Assembly: GCA_023700825.1 (NCBI GenBank) | Contig: JAMPYE010000002.1 | Span: forward strand, 1-42,267 | Source of the DNA: Thermoanaerobaculia bacterium | GTDB lineage: Bacteria > Acidobacteriota > Thermoanaerobaculia > Gp7-AA8 | Direction: 5' to 3' | DNA: 42,267 bases | In this document: positions 15,732 to 23,031 of the stretch, one piece after another | Position numbering within the stretch: position 1 is the first letter of the stretch | Layout: every line of letters begins with the position of its first letter | The notes under the pieces: model-generated | Told to the model about the DNA's origin: nothing | The model's input: the letters and a program-made list of their open reading frames with translations, nothing else | Databases searched by the model: none | Made by a program: the position numbers and the translations under genes

Positions 15732-15796
15732 CTAACAACTAACAACTAACAACTAACAACTAACAACTAACAACTAACAACTAACAACCAACAACT
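15732..15796. repeat. Tandem heptamer array (CTAACAA)x9
   Basis: Eight perfect units and one variant unit (CCAACAA). The array ends 8 nt from the enoyl-CoA hydratase stop (15804). The same unit occurs at 2993-3021 and 3176-3200. Confidence 0.95.
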
Positions 15797-15803
15797 CCCC
15801 CGC

Positions 15804-16547
15804 TCACTTCCTCCCCACCGTCTTCGCGAGATACGCGCGGATCGAGTCGTGCGTGGCTGGGTCGGCCCAGATGCGGCGGACGTCGCGGTCGATCGATGCG
15901 CGGGCTTCGGCGATCCGCCGGAGCGTCGGCTCGCGCAGGGTGCGCTTGGCGAGCGCGAAGCTCTGCCGCGGAATCGCGCCGTACTGCGCCGCGACTTCGA
16001 GCGCTCGCGTCTCCAGCGTCTCGGGTGCGGCGATCTCGTCGATCAGGCCGTGCGCGAGCGCATCCTCGGTCCCGTACGTTCTTCCCGTGTACGCAATCTT
16101 CTGGACGTGCTGCGGAGGTGTCGCGAAACGGACGACTTCGAGCGCCGCGACCGGGAACGGCACGCCGACCAGGAGCTCGGGGACGCCGATCTTCCCGCCT
16201 GACATGATCCGGTAGTCACACGCCTCGACCAGGATGCCGCCGCCCGCAATCGCGTGGCCATTGACCGCCGCGACGATGGGCACTGAGAGCTCGAAGAGAC
16301 GGAGAATCACGGCGTCGAGCGCGTCGAGGAAGTCTCCGATCGCCGGGGCGCCTCCTTCGAGCAGCCGAAAGAGATCGACTCCCGCGGAGAACATCGAGCC
16401 GGTGCCGGTCAGCACGATGGCGCGCGCGTCTCTCGCGTCGCCGAGCTCCTGGCCGAGCGCCTCGAGCAGAGGAAGGTCGAGCGCGTTTGCCTTGCCGTGG
16501 TTGATGCGCAGGATCGCGATGTCGTCGCGGTTCTCTCGAGTGATCAC
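15804..16547 (-). CDS. Enoyl-CoA hydratase/isomerase (crotonase) family protein
   Basis: Motifs ILRINHGKANAL, VLTGTGSMFSAGVDL and AAVNGHAIAGGG. I chose the GTG start at 16547, which overlaps the upstream stop (GTGA). The longer track ORF N-terminus is Arg-rich shadow sequence. Confidence 0.85.
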   Translation of the reverse strand: MITRENRDDIAILRINHGKANALDLPLLEALGQELGDARDARAIVLTGTGSMFSAGVDLFRLLEGGAPAIGDFLDALDAVILRLFELSVPIVAAVNGHAIAGGGILVEACDYRIMSGGKIGVPELLVGVPFPVAALEVVRFATPPQHVQKIAYTGRTYGTEDALAHGLIDEIAAPETLETRALEVAAQYGAIPRQSFALAKRTLREPTLRRIAEARASIDRDVRRIWADPATHDSIRAYLAKTVGRK

Positions 16548-16978
16548 GATGCGGGGTCTCCTTCGGGGTCGATTGCGAAAGTGCGCAGCGCGCCCATCGT
16601 TCGCTGCACGTGCTGCTCGATGGCGGCCACGAGAGGCGCAGCGTCCTGGAGCCTGTGCCCTTTTGCGAGGGTCTCGATGGCGCGCGCGTGGCATGCGAGG
16701 CTTGCGGCGCCGACGTACGCCGCTCCGCCGGCGAGCTCGTGCGCCTGGTGCCTGAGGTTGTCGAAATCCGAGACCTCGAGTGCGGCGCGGATCGCATCGA
16801 TCCGCATCGGCGCCTGGTCCTCGAAGAGCGCCAGCATCGATGCGAAGAGCCCTTCGCGATAGGCGCGGAGGTCCGCGATCATGAAGCCGTCGAGCTCGAC
16901 CATTGTGGACTCGAGCTCGTAGTCGTCGGACCAGGCGACCGGCCCGTCGAGCACTACGAAATCGATCCCGAGCTTCAT
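16544..16978 (-). CDS. Stand-alone Hpt (histidine phosphotransfer) domain protein
   Basis: The motif LRHQAHELAGGAAYVGAASL matches the Hpt phospho-His helix (HxxKG/AG...G). Four-helix-type C-terminal ~100 aa. ATG at 16978. Confidence 0.7.
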   Translation of the reverse strand: MKLGIDFVVLDGPVAWSDDYELESTMVELDGFMIADLRAYREGLFASMLALFEDQAPMRIDAIRAALEVSDFDNLRHQAHELAGGAAYVGAASLACHARAIETLAKGHRLQDAAPLVAAIEQHVQRTMGALRTFAIDPEGDPAS

Positions 16979-16995
16979 TCCCTTGTCCGTCGCCT

Positions 16996-17817
16996 TCAGT
17001 CGAGGAAGAAGTCGGGGAGCAGAGGCGTCCCCGGCTTGTTGGCGTACTTGTCGAAGTCGGTCACCCCTTCCTCGGCGAGGACCTCCTCGTCGAGCGCGAA
17101 GTGGCCCGTGTACTCGCGGCTCGGCCGCGTGAGGATCGCGTGGGCTGCGTCGGCCATGATCTCCGGCGTGCGGCTCGCCTCGAGCCCCGCGAACGACAAC
17201 AGCATCTCGATCGCCGCGGTCGCGATCGCCGTCCGTGGCCAGAGCGAGTTCACCGCGATCCCGTCACGCCTCAGTTCCTCGGCCATTCCGAGCGTGCACA
17301 TCGACATCCCGTATTTCGACATCGTGTAGGCGACGTGGTTCTTGAACCACTTCGGGCTCAGGTTGAGCGGAGGCGAGAGCGTGAGGATGTGAGGGTTCGC
17401 CGACTTCTTCAGGTACGGAATGGCCGCGCGAGAGCAGGCGTAGGTGCCGCGCACGTTGACCGAGAACATCAGGTCGAATTTCTTCATCTCCGTCTCGAGC
17501 GTGGGGGTGAGGCTGATCGCGCTCGCGTTGTTGACGAGGATGTCGAGCCCGCCGAAGGTCTCGACGGTCTTCTCCATGGCGGCCTGAATCTGCTCCTCGG
17601 AGCGGACGTCGACCTGCAGCGGCAGCGCTCGCCCGCCAGCGGCATCGATCTCGGCAGCGACGGTGTGGATCGTCCCCTCGAGCTTCGGGTGCGGTTCACT
17701 GGTTTTCGCGGCGATGGCGACGCGCGCGCCGTCGCGGGCGCAGCGCAGGGCGATCGCCCGGCCGATGCCGCGGCTGCCGCCGGTGATGAAGACGACGCGA
17801 TTTTCGAGAGTGCGCAT
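16996..17817 (-). CDS. SDR family oxidoreductase (HSDL2-like)
   Basis: Track ORF trimmed to ATG 17817 (MRTLENRVVFITGGSRGIGRAIA). TGxxxGxG, NNAS and YTMSK (YxxxK) motifs. Confidence 0.9.
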   Translation of the reverse strand: MRTLENRVVFITGGSRGIGRAIALRCARDGARVAIAAKTSEPHPKLEGTIHTVAAEIDAAGGRALPLQVDVRSEEQIQAAMEKTVETFGGLDILVNNASAISLTPTLETEMKKFDLMFSVNVRGTYACSRAAIPYLKKSANPHILTLSPPLNLSPKWFKNHVAYTMSKYGMSMCTLGMAEELRRDGIAVNSLWPRTAIATAAIEMLLSFAGLEASRTPEIMADAAHAILTRPSREYTGHFALDEEVLAEEGVTDFDKYANKPGTPLLPDFFLD

Positions 17818-18010
17818 CCGAGCGGCCTCCTCCGGGAACGGGTCACTGCCTCTGTAGTTTCTACCCACGCTTACTGTCGTGAATGGGTAATAAGTGCGCT
17901 TCCGTGCCGGCTCCGTTTCGAATCATATCGAATGCTGGAGAGCCGTACCCCTGTTGAAAGATGGACGGGTCTGGACTAATGATTGTGGAGTCGAAGCAAC
18001 GGAGGAAACC

Positions 18011-19459
18011 ATGAAAGCAAAGAAGATGCTCCTCGTGGCAGTCGCGTCGCTCGCGCTGGCGGCCTGCGCGACGAACCCGGTCACCGGCAAGAAGGAACTC
18101 TCGCTCATCCCCGAGGCGCAGGAGGTCGAGATCGGGCGGGAGGAAGCGAAGAAGGTCATCGCCTCGATCGGGCTCTACCCGAAGCCCGAGGTGCAGAAGT
18201 ACGTGAGCGACCTGGGGCTCGCGATCGCGAAGGAGTCGGAGCGGCCCAACCTGCCCTGGCAGTTCGCGGTGCTCGACGATCCGGCGGTCAACGCCTTCGC
18301 TCTGCCGGGAGGGCCCATCTTCGTGACGCGCGGGATCCTCACCTACATGAACTCGGAAGCCGAGCTCGTCAGCGTGCTGGGGCACGAGATCGGGCACGTG
18401 ACGGCGAAACACTCGGTAAGCCAGATGTCGAAGGCGCAGATCGCATCGATCGGCGTCGGCGTGTCGTCGATCCTCGTCCCCGAGATCAGGGAGTACGGGA
18501 TCGACCAGATCGCGGGCGCAGGGCTCGGGTTGCTGTTCCTCAAGTTCGGGCGCGACGACGAGCGGCAGTCGGACCAGCTCGGCTTCAACTACATGCTGCG
18601 GCTCGGCTACGACCCGCGGGAGATGGCGTCGATGTTCACGACGCTCGACCGCTACGGGGAGATCGCCGGGAGGGGCGCCGTTCCGGAGTGGGCCTCGACG
18701 CACCCGGCACCGGAGAACCGGGTCGCCGCGACGATGGGGCGGGTGCAGAAGCTGCCGCCGACCGCGGCCGGGCTCTCCGTCGGCCGCGACGCCTTCATGA
18801 GGCAGCTCGACGGGATGACCTTCGACGAGAACCCGAGGCACGGCTACTTCGTCGGGCAGCGTTTCTTCCATCCCGACCTCGAGTTCGTCCTCGACTTCCC
18901 CACCGGCTGGAAGGTGCAGAACAGCCCGGATGCAGTGATCGCCGCCAGCCAGAAGGGCGACGCGATGATTTCGCTTGGCGCGGCGGGCAAGGATTCGCCA
19001 AGGACCGAGGGAGAGAAGTTCATCTCGCAGCAGGGAATCGTGAGTGGCAACGTCAGCCGGGATCGGATCAACGGTCTCGACGCGTGGCGCGGGTACTTCA
19101 AGGCGACGACGCAACAGGGAGAGCTCGGCGGGCTCGCCGCCTTCGTGTCGCACGGCGGCACGACCTGGCGGATCGTCGCGCTCACGAGCGGAACGAGGCT
19201 CGAGAGCCTCGCGAACGACTTCAACGCCACCGCGACGAGCTTCGCGCGCCTGACCGACCCGAGGGCGCTTGCCGTCGAGCCGGCACGGGTGAAGCTCGTC
19301 AAGGCCGATCGAGACATGACGATCGACGAGTTCCAGCGACGCTATCCGTCGTCGATCCCGATCGAAAAGCTCGCGACGATGAACGGCCTCGACAAGGGAG
19401 GAAAGATCCTCAAGGGCCAGATCGTGAAGCGGGTCATCGGCGGTGAGCTTCCGAAATAG
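18011..19459 (+). CDS. M48 family metallopeptidase lipoprotein (BepA/YcaL-like)
   Basis: ATG 18011 follows GGAGGA. Lipobox LALAAC. Zinc site HEIGH. Track ORF 17894.. trimmed. Confidence 0.9.
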   Translation: MKAKKMLLVAVASLALAACATNPVTGKKELSLIPEAQEVEIGREEAKKVIASIGLYPKPEVQKYVSDLGLAIAKESERPNLPWQFAVLDDPAVNAFALPGGPIFVTRGILTYMNSEAELVSVLGHEIGHVTAKHSVSQMSKAQIASIGVGVSSILVPEIREYGIDQIAGAGLGLLFLKFGRDDERQSDQLGFNYMLRLGYDPREMASMFTTLDRYGEIAGRGAVPEWASTHPAPENRVAATMGRVQKLPPTAAGLSVGRDAFMRQLDGMTFDENPRHGYFVGQRFFHPDLEFVLDFPTGWKVQNSPDAVIAASQKGDAMISLGAAGKDSPRTEGEKFISQQGIVSGNVSRDRINGLDAWRGYFKATTQQGELGGLAAFVSHGGTTWRIVALTSGTRLESLANDFNATATSFARLTDPRALAVEPARVKLVKADRDMTIDEFQRRYPSSIPIEKLATMNGLDKGGKILKGQIVKRVIGGELPK

Positions 19460-19606
19460 GTCTCTCGGCGGGACTTCCGGGAAACTGCCGGGCCGACTCG
19501 TAACCGTGATGTTCCAGCGCTCAGCCTAACGGAGCGCGAAACTGTCTCCATACCGATCGAGGACGAGGGAGGAGGAGCCAAACCTCCTGGACTTGGAGAT
19601 TGACCC

Positions 19607-19975
19607 ATGCCAGCCAAAGCGAAGACGACAGTGAAGGGCCACGAGGACTATCTCGCCGCGCTGAGTGACGACAAGCGCGCTGCGCTCGAGAAGCTGGGGG
19701 CGATGATCCGCGCCGCTGCGCCGGGCGCCGAGGAGTGCATCAGCTACCAGCTCGCGGCATTCCGCCTGAACGGCAAGGCGTTCGTCGCGATGGGCGCGAC
19801 GGCGAAGCATTGCGCCTTTTATCTGATGAGCACGTCGGTGATTGACGCCTTCGGGAGCGAGCTCGCGACGTACGACACGAGCAAGGGCACGATCCGGTTC
19901 CAGTCCGACAAGCCGCTTCCTGCCGCGCTCGTGAAGAAGCTGGTCAAGGCGAGAATCGCGGAGAATGGCGGTTGA
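19607..19975 (+). CDS. DUF1801 (YdhG-like) domain protein
   Basis: 122 aa. The pattern YLAALSDDKRAALEKL...ECISYQLAAFRLNGK...FYLMS...GTIRF is typical of DUF1801. Confidence 0.7.
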   Translation: MPAKAKTTVKGHEDYLAALSDDKRAALEKLGAMIRAAAPGAEECISYQLAAFRLNGKAFVAMGATAKHCAFYLMSTSVIDAFGSELATYDTSKGTIRFQSDKPLPAALVKKLVKARIAENGG

Positions 19976-20023
19976 CGTGCGGGCGCGGAATCGGCTCCGC
20001 GGCGCTCGCAGCGACCGGAGGCG

Positions 20024-20911
20024 TCAACCCACCGTTCCGCGCCCTTTGCCGGTCCGGTAGTCGAACTCCGAGCCGAAGATGCTGTGCGGGATGAAGTAGA
20101 CGAGAAGCGTCACGACTCCGGCCGCGTAGATTGCGAGCCGGCTCCTGCTGCCCTTGCGGTTGGCCCACGCGGCGAATCCCCATGCGAGGAGTGAGACGAG
20201 GACCTTGTTGTCGGTCCAGTCCCAGCCGAGCGGTATACCGGCCCACCAGACACCGAAGGCGTACCACTGAACCAGCGGACCGAGAAGGAAGGCTCCGACC
20301 AGGAGCGACACGAGCGTCGCATGCAGCATCCAGCGATAGCTGCCGTCGACGAGCGCCTCGAGCACGGTCCGGGTCGCGAACATCATCGACATGAAGATGA
20401 CGAGCACATGGGAGATCAGAACGGGCGTCGGCACTGCTCCCTTGAAGCGCGCGTAGACGGGACGATCGCCCGTGACCGACACGAGCTTCCCGCTGCCGTC
20501 GTCGATCTTCACGAACATTTCGTACTTGCCCGCTCGTTCCGGAAGGCCCGGCAGCGCCACGCCGATTCCGCTGAGCGTGAAGTCGCGGCCGCGCCTCGAG
20601 AACTTGAAGTCGCCGCGTCTCATCGGGGCCACGGTCCAGTCGTCGTGCGATTTCAGCCGGCGGTACTCGACTCGGCCTGTCACGCCGGCCGGCACCGGAT
20701 CGACCAGGAGGATCGGCAGTTCCGTGTCGAGCGTCTCGCTGCGCACGAAGATGAAGCGCACCCGGCCGGCAGCCGTCTCGAGCTCGCCCTCGAGGGGATA
20801 CGTCGGGCCGGTCTTGTCCTGGTACATGAAGGCGCCCACGGTGGCCGCGACGGCCACGAGCCAGAGGAGCCAGCGGACGAGGACAGGTCGATCCTGAACG
20901 AGCTTTTGCAT
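20024..20911 (-). CDS. Hypothetical membrane protein (N-terminal TM, ~150-aa external domain, 4 C-terminal TMs)
   Basis: Hydrophobic segments WLLWLVAVAATVGAF, VLISHVLVIFMSMMF, LHATLVSLLVGAFLLGPL, VLVSLLAWGFAAW and AIYAAGVVTLLVYF. ATG at 20911. Family not recognised. Confidence 0.6.
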   Translation of the reverse strand: MQKLVQDRPVLVRWLLWLVAVAATVGAFMYQDKTGPTYPLEGELETAAGRVRFIFVRSETLDTELPILLVDPVPAGVTGRVEYRRLKSHDDWTVAPMRRGDFKFSRRGRDFTLSGIGVALPGLPERAGKYEMFVKIDDGSGKLVSVTGDRPVYARFKGAVPTPVLISHVLVIFMSMMFATRTVLEALVDGSYRWMLHATLVSLLVGAFLLGPLVQWYAFGVWWAGIPLGWDWTDNKVLVSLLAWGFAAWANRKGSRSRLAIYAAGVVTLLVYFIPHSIFGSEFDYRTGKGRGTVG

Positions 20912-21174
20912 GGTGAGTGGCGGCGCTTTTCCCGGGGGGCTTCAGTGGCGCGGTGCGCTCACGCAGGGTAAGGGCGCGATGCGCGCCCGCGGCGTGTCCC
21001 GCGTCACACGGGCGGGCCGCGCGCGGACGAGGAAGGCGTGATGGTGTTGCGTGCCGCCCTGATCGAATCGTCGAAGTAGAACGTCGACCGTGGACGATCG
21101 CGTTGCGGTGGCGGGCGATCGTGTCGTGTCCCGCCTTGCCCTTCGCAGGGCGGGATCGAGCTCCGTGCGCGCGA

Positions 21175-23031
21175 TCAGCGCTCGCAGGGAGGAAGCGCGT
21201 CCAGAAACGCGATGTACTTGCGCGCCGCGGCCTGCCAGGTGAATCGGCGTGCGGTCTCGATCGCGCGCTCGGCGAGCGTCGCGCGAAGCCCGTCGTCGTC
21301 GACCACGCGGATCAGTGCCTCCGCGAGCGCGTCGACGTCGCCCGGCGGGACGAGCAGCGCGTTGACGCCGTCCTCCGCGTACTCTTCCGCGCCGCCGCTT
21401 CGCGTCAGCACGCAGGCCGCGCCCGACGCCATCCCTTCGATTCCGACGAGGCCGAAGCCCTGGAAGAGCGACGGGTCGACGACGACGTGCGCGCTCGAGA
21501 GAAGCCTCGCGACACCGTCGCGAGAGAGTGCCCAGTTGTGGTGGTACGGGAACTCCGCTTCGCCCGGCTCGGGCCCGTGCACGCCGAAGAACTGGAACTC
21601 GACGGCGTGCCCGCCCTCCTGAGCATGCTTCCAGAGCCTTTCGAGTGCGGGGAGCAGGATGTGCTTGCCGCGCCGCTCCTCGGGGCGGAGCATCGCCACG
21701 ATGCGGATCGGCCCGTTCGCCGCCCGGTTGCCGCGCGGGTAGAAGACTTCCGGGTCCGCCGACATCGGCACGACGGTCGACGAGATTCCGTGGCGCGCCT
21801 CGATCTCGCGTTTCAGCCAGCTCGAGATCACCGTGATGCGCGGGATCAGCTCGTAGGTCTTGCCGACGATCTCCGGACCGTCCTGGCCGAACCAGCCTTC
21901 GTAGTCCTGCACGAAGTAGGCGGTCTGCGTGCCGGGGTTTGCGGCTGCGGCCTCCGCAACGACGGACGCGGTCTGGTACGAGGTCGCGACGAGCACGCGA
22001 GTCTTCGGAAGGTGCGCGGCGAGATCGCTCGCGGAGAGGCGGATCGGCCGGAAGAAAATCTCGAGGTTGATCTCGGGCGTGACGTTCTCCAGCACGACGA
22101 CTCCCGCGCGCACACCTTCGAGGATCAGGGCGTTCACGACTTCGAGGACGTCGGCAACGCCGCCGAAGACACCCATCATCGGGAGGACGAAGAGAACGTC
22201 GAACGGCTCGTGCTCTCCGGCTGGAGGCAGGATCCACTCGCGGCTTTCGCGGTCGCGGAACGCGCCCATCGCGTCGCGCCGGTCGAACTCCTCGAGAGCG
22301 GGGCCATGCGTCCACTGCCATCGCCGGCGGAAGATCTCGAGATTCCGGTGCATCCTCTCGTTGCCGTCGAGGAAGCTCGCGCCCTGCTTGTGGTAGACGA
22401 ACGTGTCGTCGGCGACCACCGCGCGCCAGCCGGCGGAGCGGACGCGGTAGTGGTAGTCGCTTTCCTCGCAGTAGCCGAGGCCGAAGACGGTGTCGAACAC
22501 CCCGATGGTGCGGATGACGTCGCGGCGGATGAGAAGACAGAAGCCGACGACGGTGACCACGTCGGGATAGAGCGCGGGGCTGGTGTCCGTGACGCGCCGT
22601 GCGAACGAGAAGACGTTCTCGCCCGGCGGGATGTTCACCGACAGGTTCATCGAGTTGTTCGAGAGAGGGCAGCAGAGCCCGATCGAATAGTCGTCGTCGA
22701 GCCGGGCCACCATGCGCTCCAGCGCCCCCTCGGTGAGCAGGGTGTCGCTGTTGAGCAGGCAGACGTAAGGCGCCTCGGAGAAGAGCATTCCGCGGTTCGC
22801 GGAGGCCACGAAGCCGAGATTCCACGCGTTGTGAAGCACGAGAACGTCGCTCTGCTCCTCGAGCCAGGCGGTCGTGCGCGCATCGCTCCGGTCGTTGACC
22901 ACGATGACGCGCGCCCAGGGCGGGGCGTAGCGCCGGACGCTCTCGAGGCAATTGCGGGTCGACTTGAGCGCGTTGTGGACCGGGATGACGAGGTCGCAGC
23001 GCGCCTGGATCGGCGTCAGCGGAATAGCCAT
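21175..23031 (-). CDS. Bifunctional glycosyltransferase (N-terminal GT2, C-terminal GT4/group 1)
   Basis: Track ORF 21175..23391 trimmed to ATG 23031 (MAIPLTPIQARCDLVIPVHNA). GT2 motifs VVNDRSDA, NSDT and CEESDY. GT4 tail motifs VVDPSLFQGFGLVGIEGMASG and NALLVPPGD. Overlaps the upstream gene by 16 nt. Confidence 0.85.
   Translation of the reverse strand: MAIPLTPIQARCDLVIPVHNALKSTRNCLESVRRYAPPWARVIVVNDRSDARTTAWLEEQSDVLVLHNAWNLGFVASANRGMLFSEAPYVCLLNSDTLLTEGALERMVARLDDDYSIGLCCPLSNNSMNLSVNIPPGENVFSFARRVTDTSPALYPDVVTVVGFCLLIRRDVIRTIGVFDTVFGLGYCEESDYHYRVRSAGWRAVVADDTFVYHKQGASFLDGNERMHRNLEIFRRRWQWTHGPALEEFDRRDAMGAFRDRESREWILPPAGEHEPFDVLFVLPMMGVFGGVADVLEVVNALILEGVRAGVVVLENVTPEINLEIFFRPIRLSASDLAAHLPKTRVLVATSYQTASVVAEAAAANPGTQTAYFVQDYEGWFGQDGPEIVGKTYELIPRITVISSWLKREIEARHGISSTVVPMSADPEVFYPRGNRAANGPIRIVAMLRPEERRGKHILLPALERLWKHAQEGGHAVEFQFFGVHGPEPGEAEFPYHHNWALSRDGVARLLSSAHVVVDPSLFQGFGLVGIEGMASGAACVLTRSGGAEEYAEDGVNALLVPPGDVDALAEALIRVVDDDGLRATLAERAIETARRFTWQAAARKYIAFLDALPPCER

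Noticed and set aside
15732-15796. Heptamer arrays (here and at 2993-3021 and 3176-3200) as a CRISPR array, a telomere-like repeat or coding low complexity
   Set aside because: The units are contiguous with no spacers, so this is not CRISPR. The locus is internal to a gene-dense chromosome segment. No ORF with coding character spans the arrays; track ORF 15075..15749 merely runs into one.
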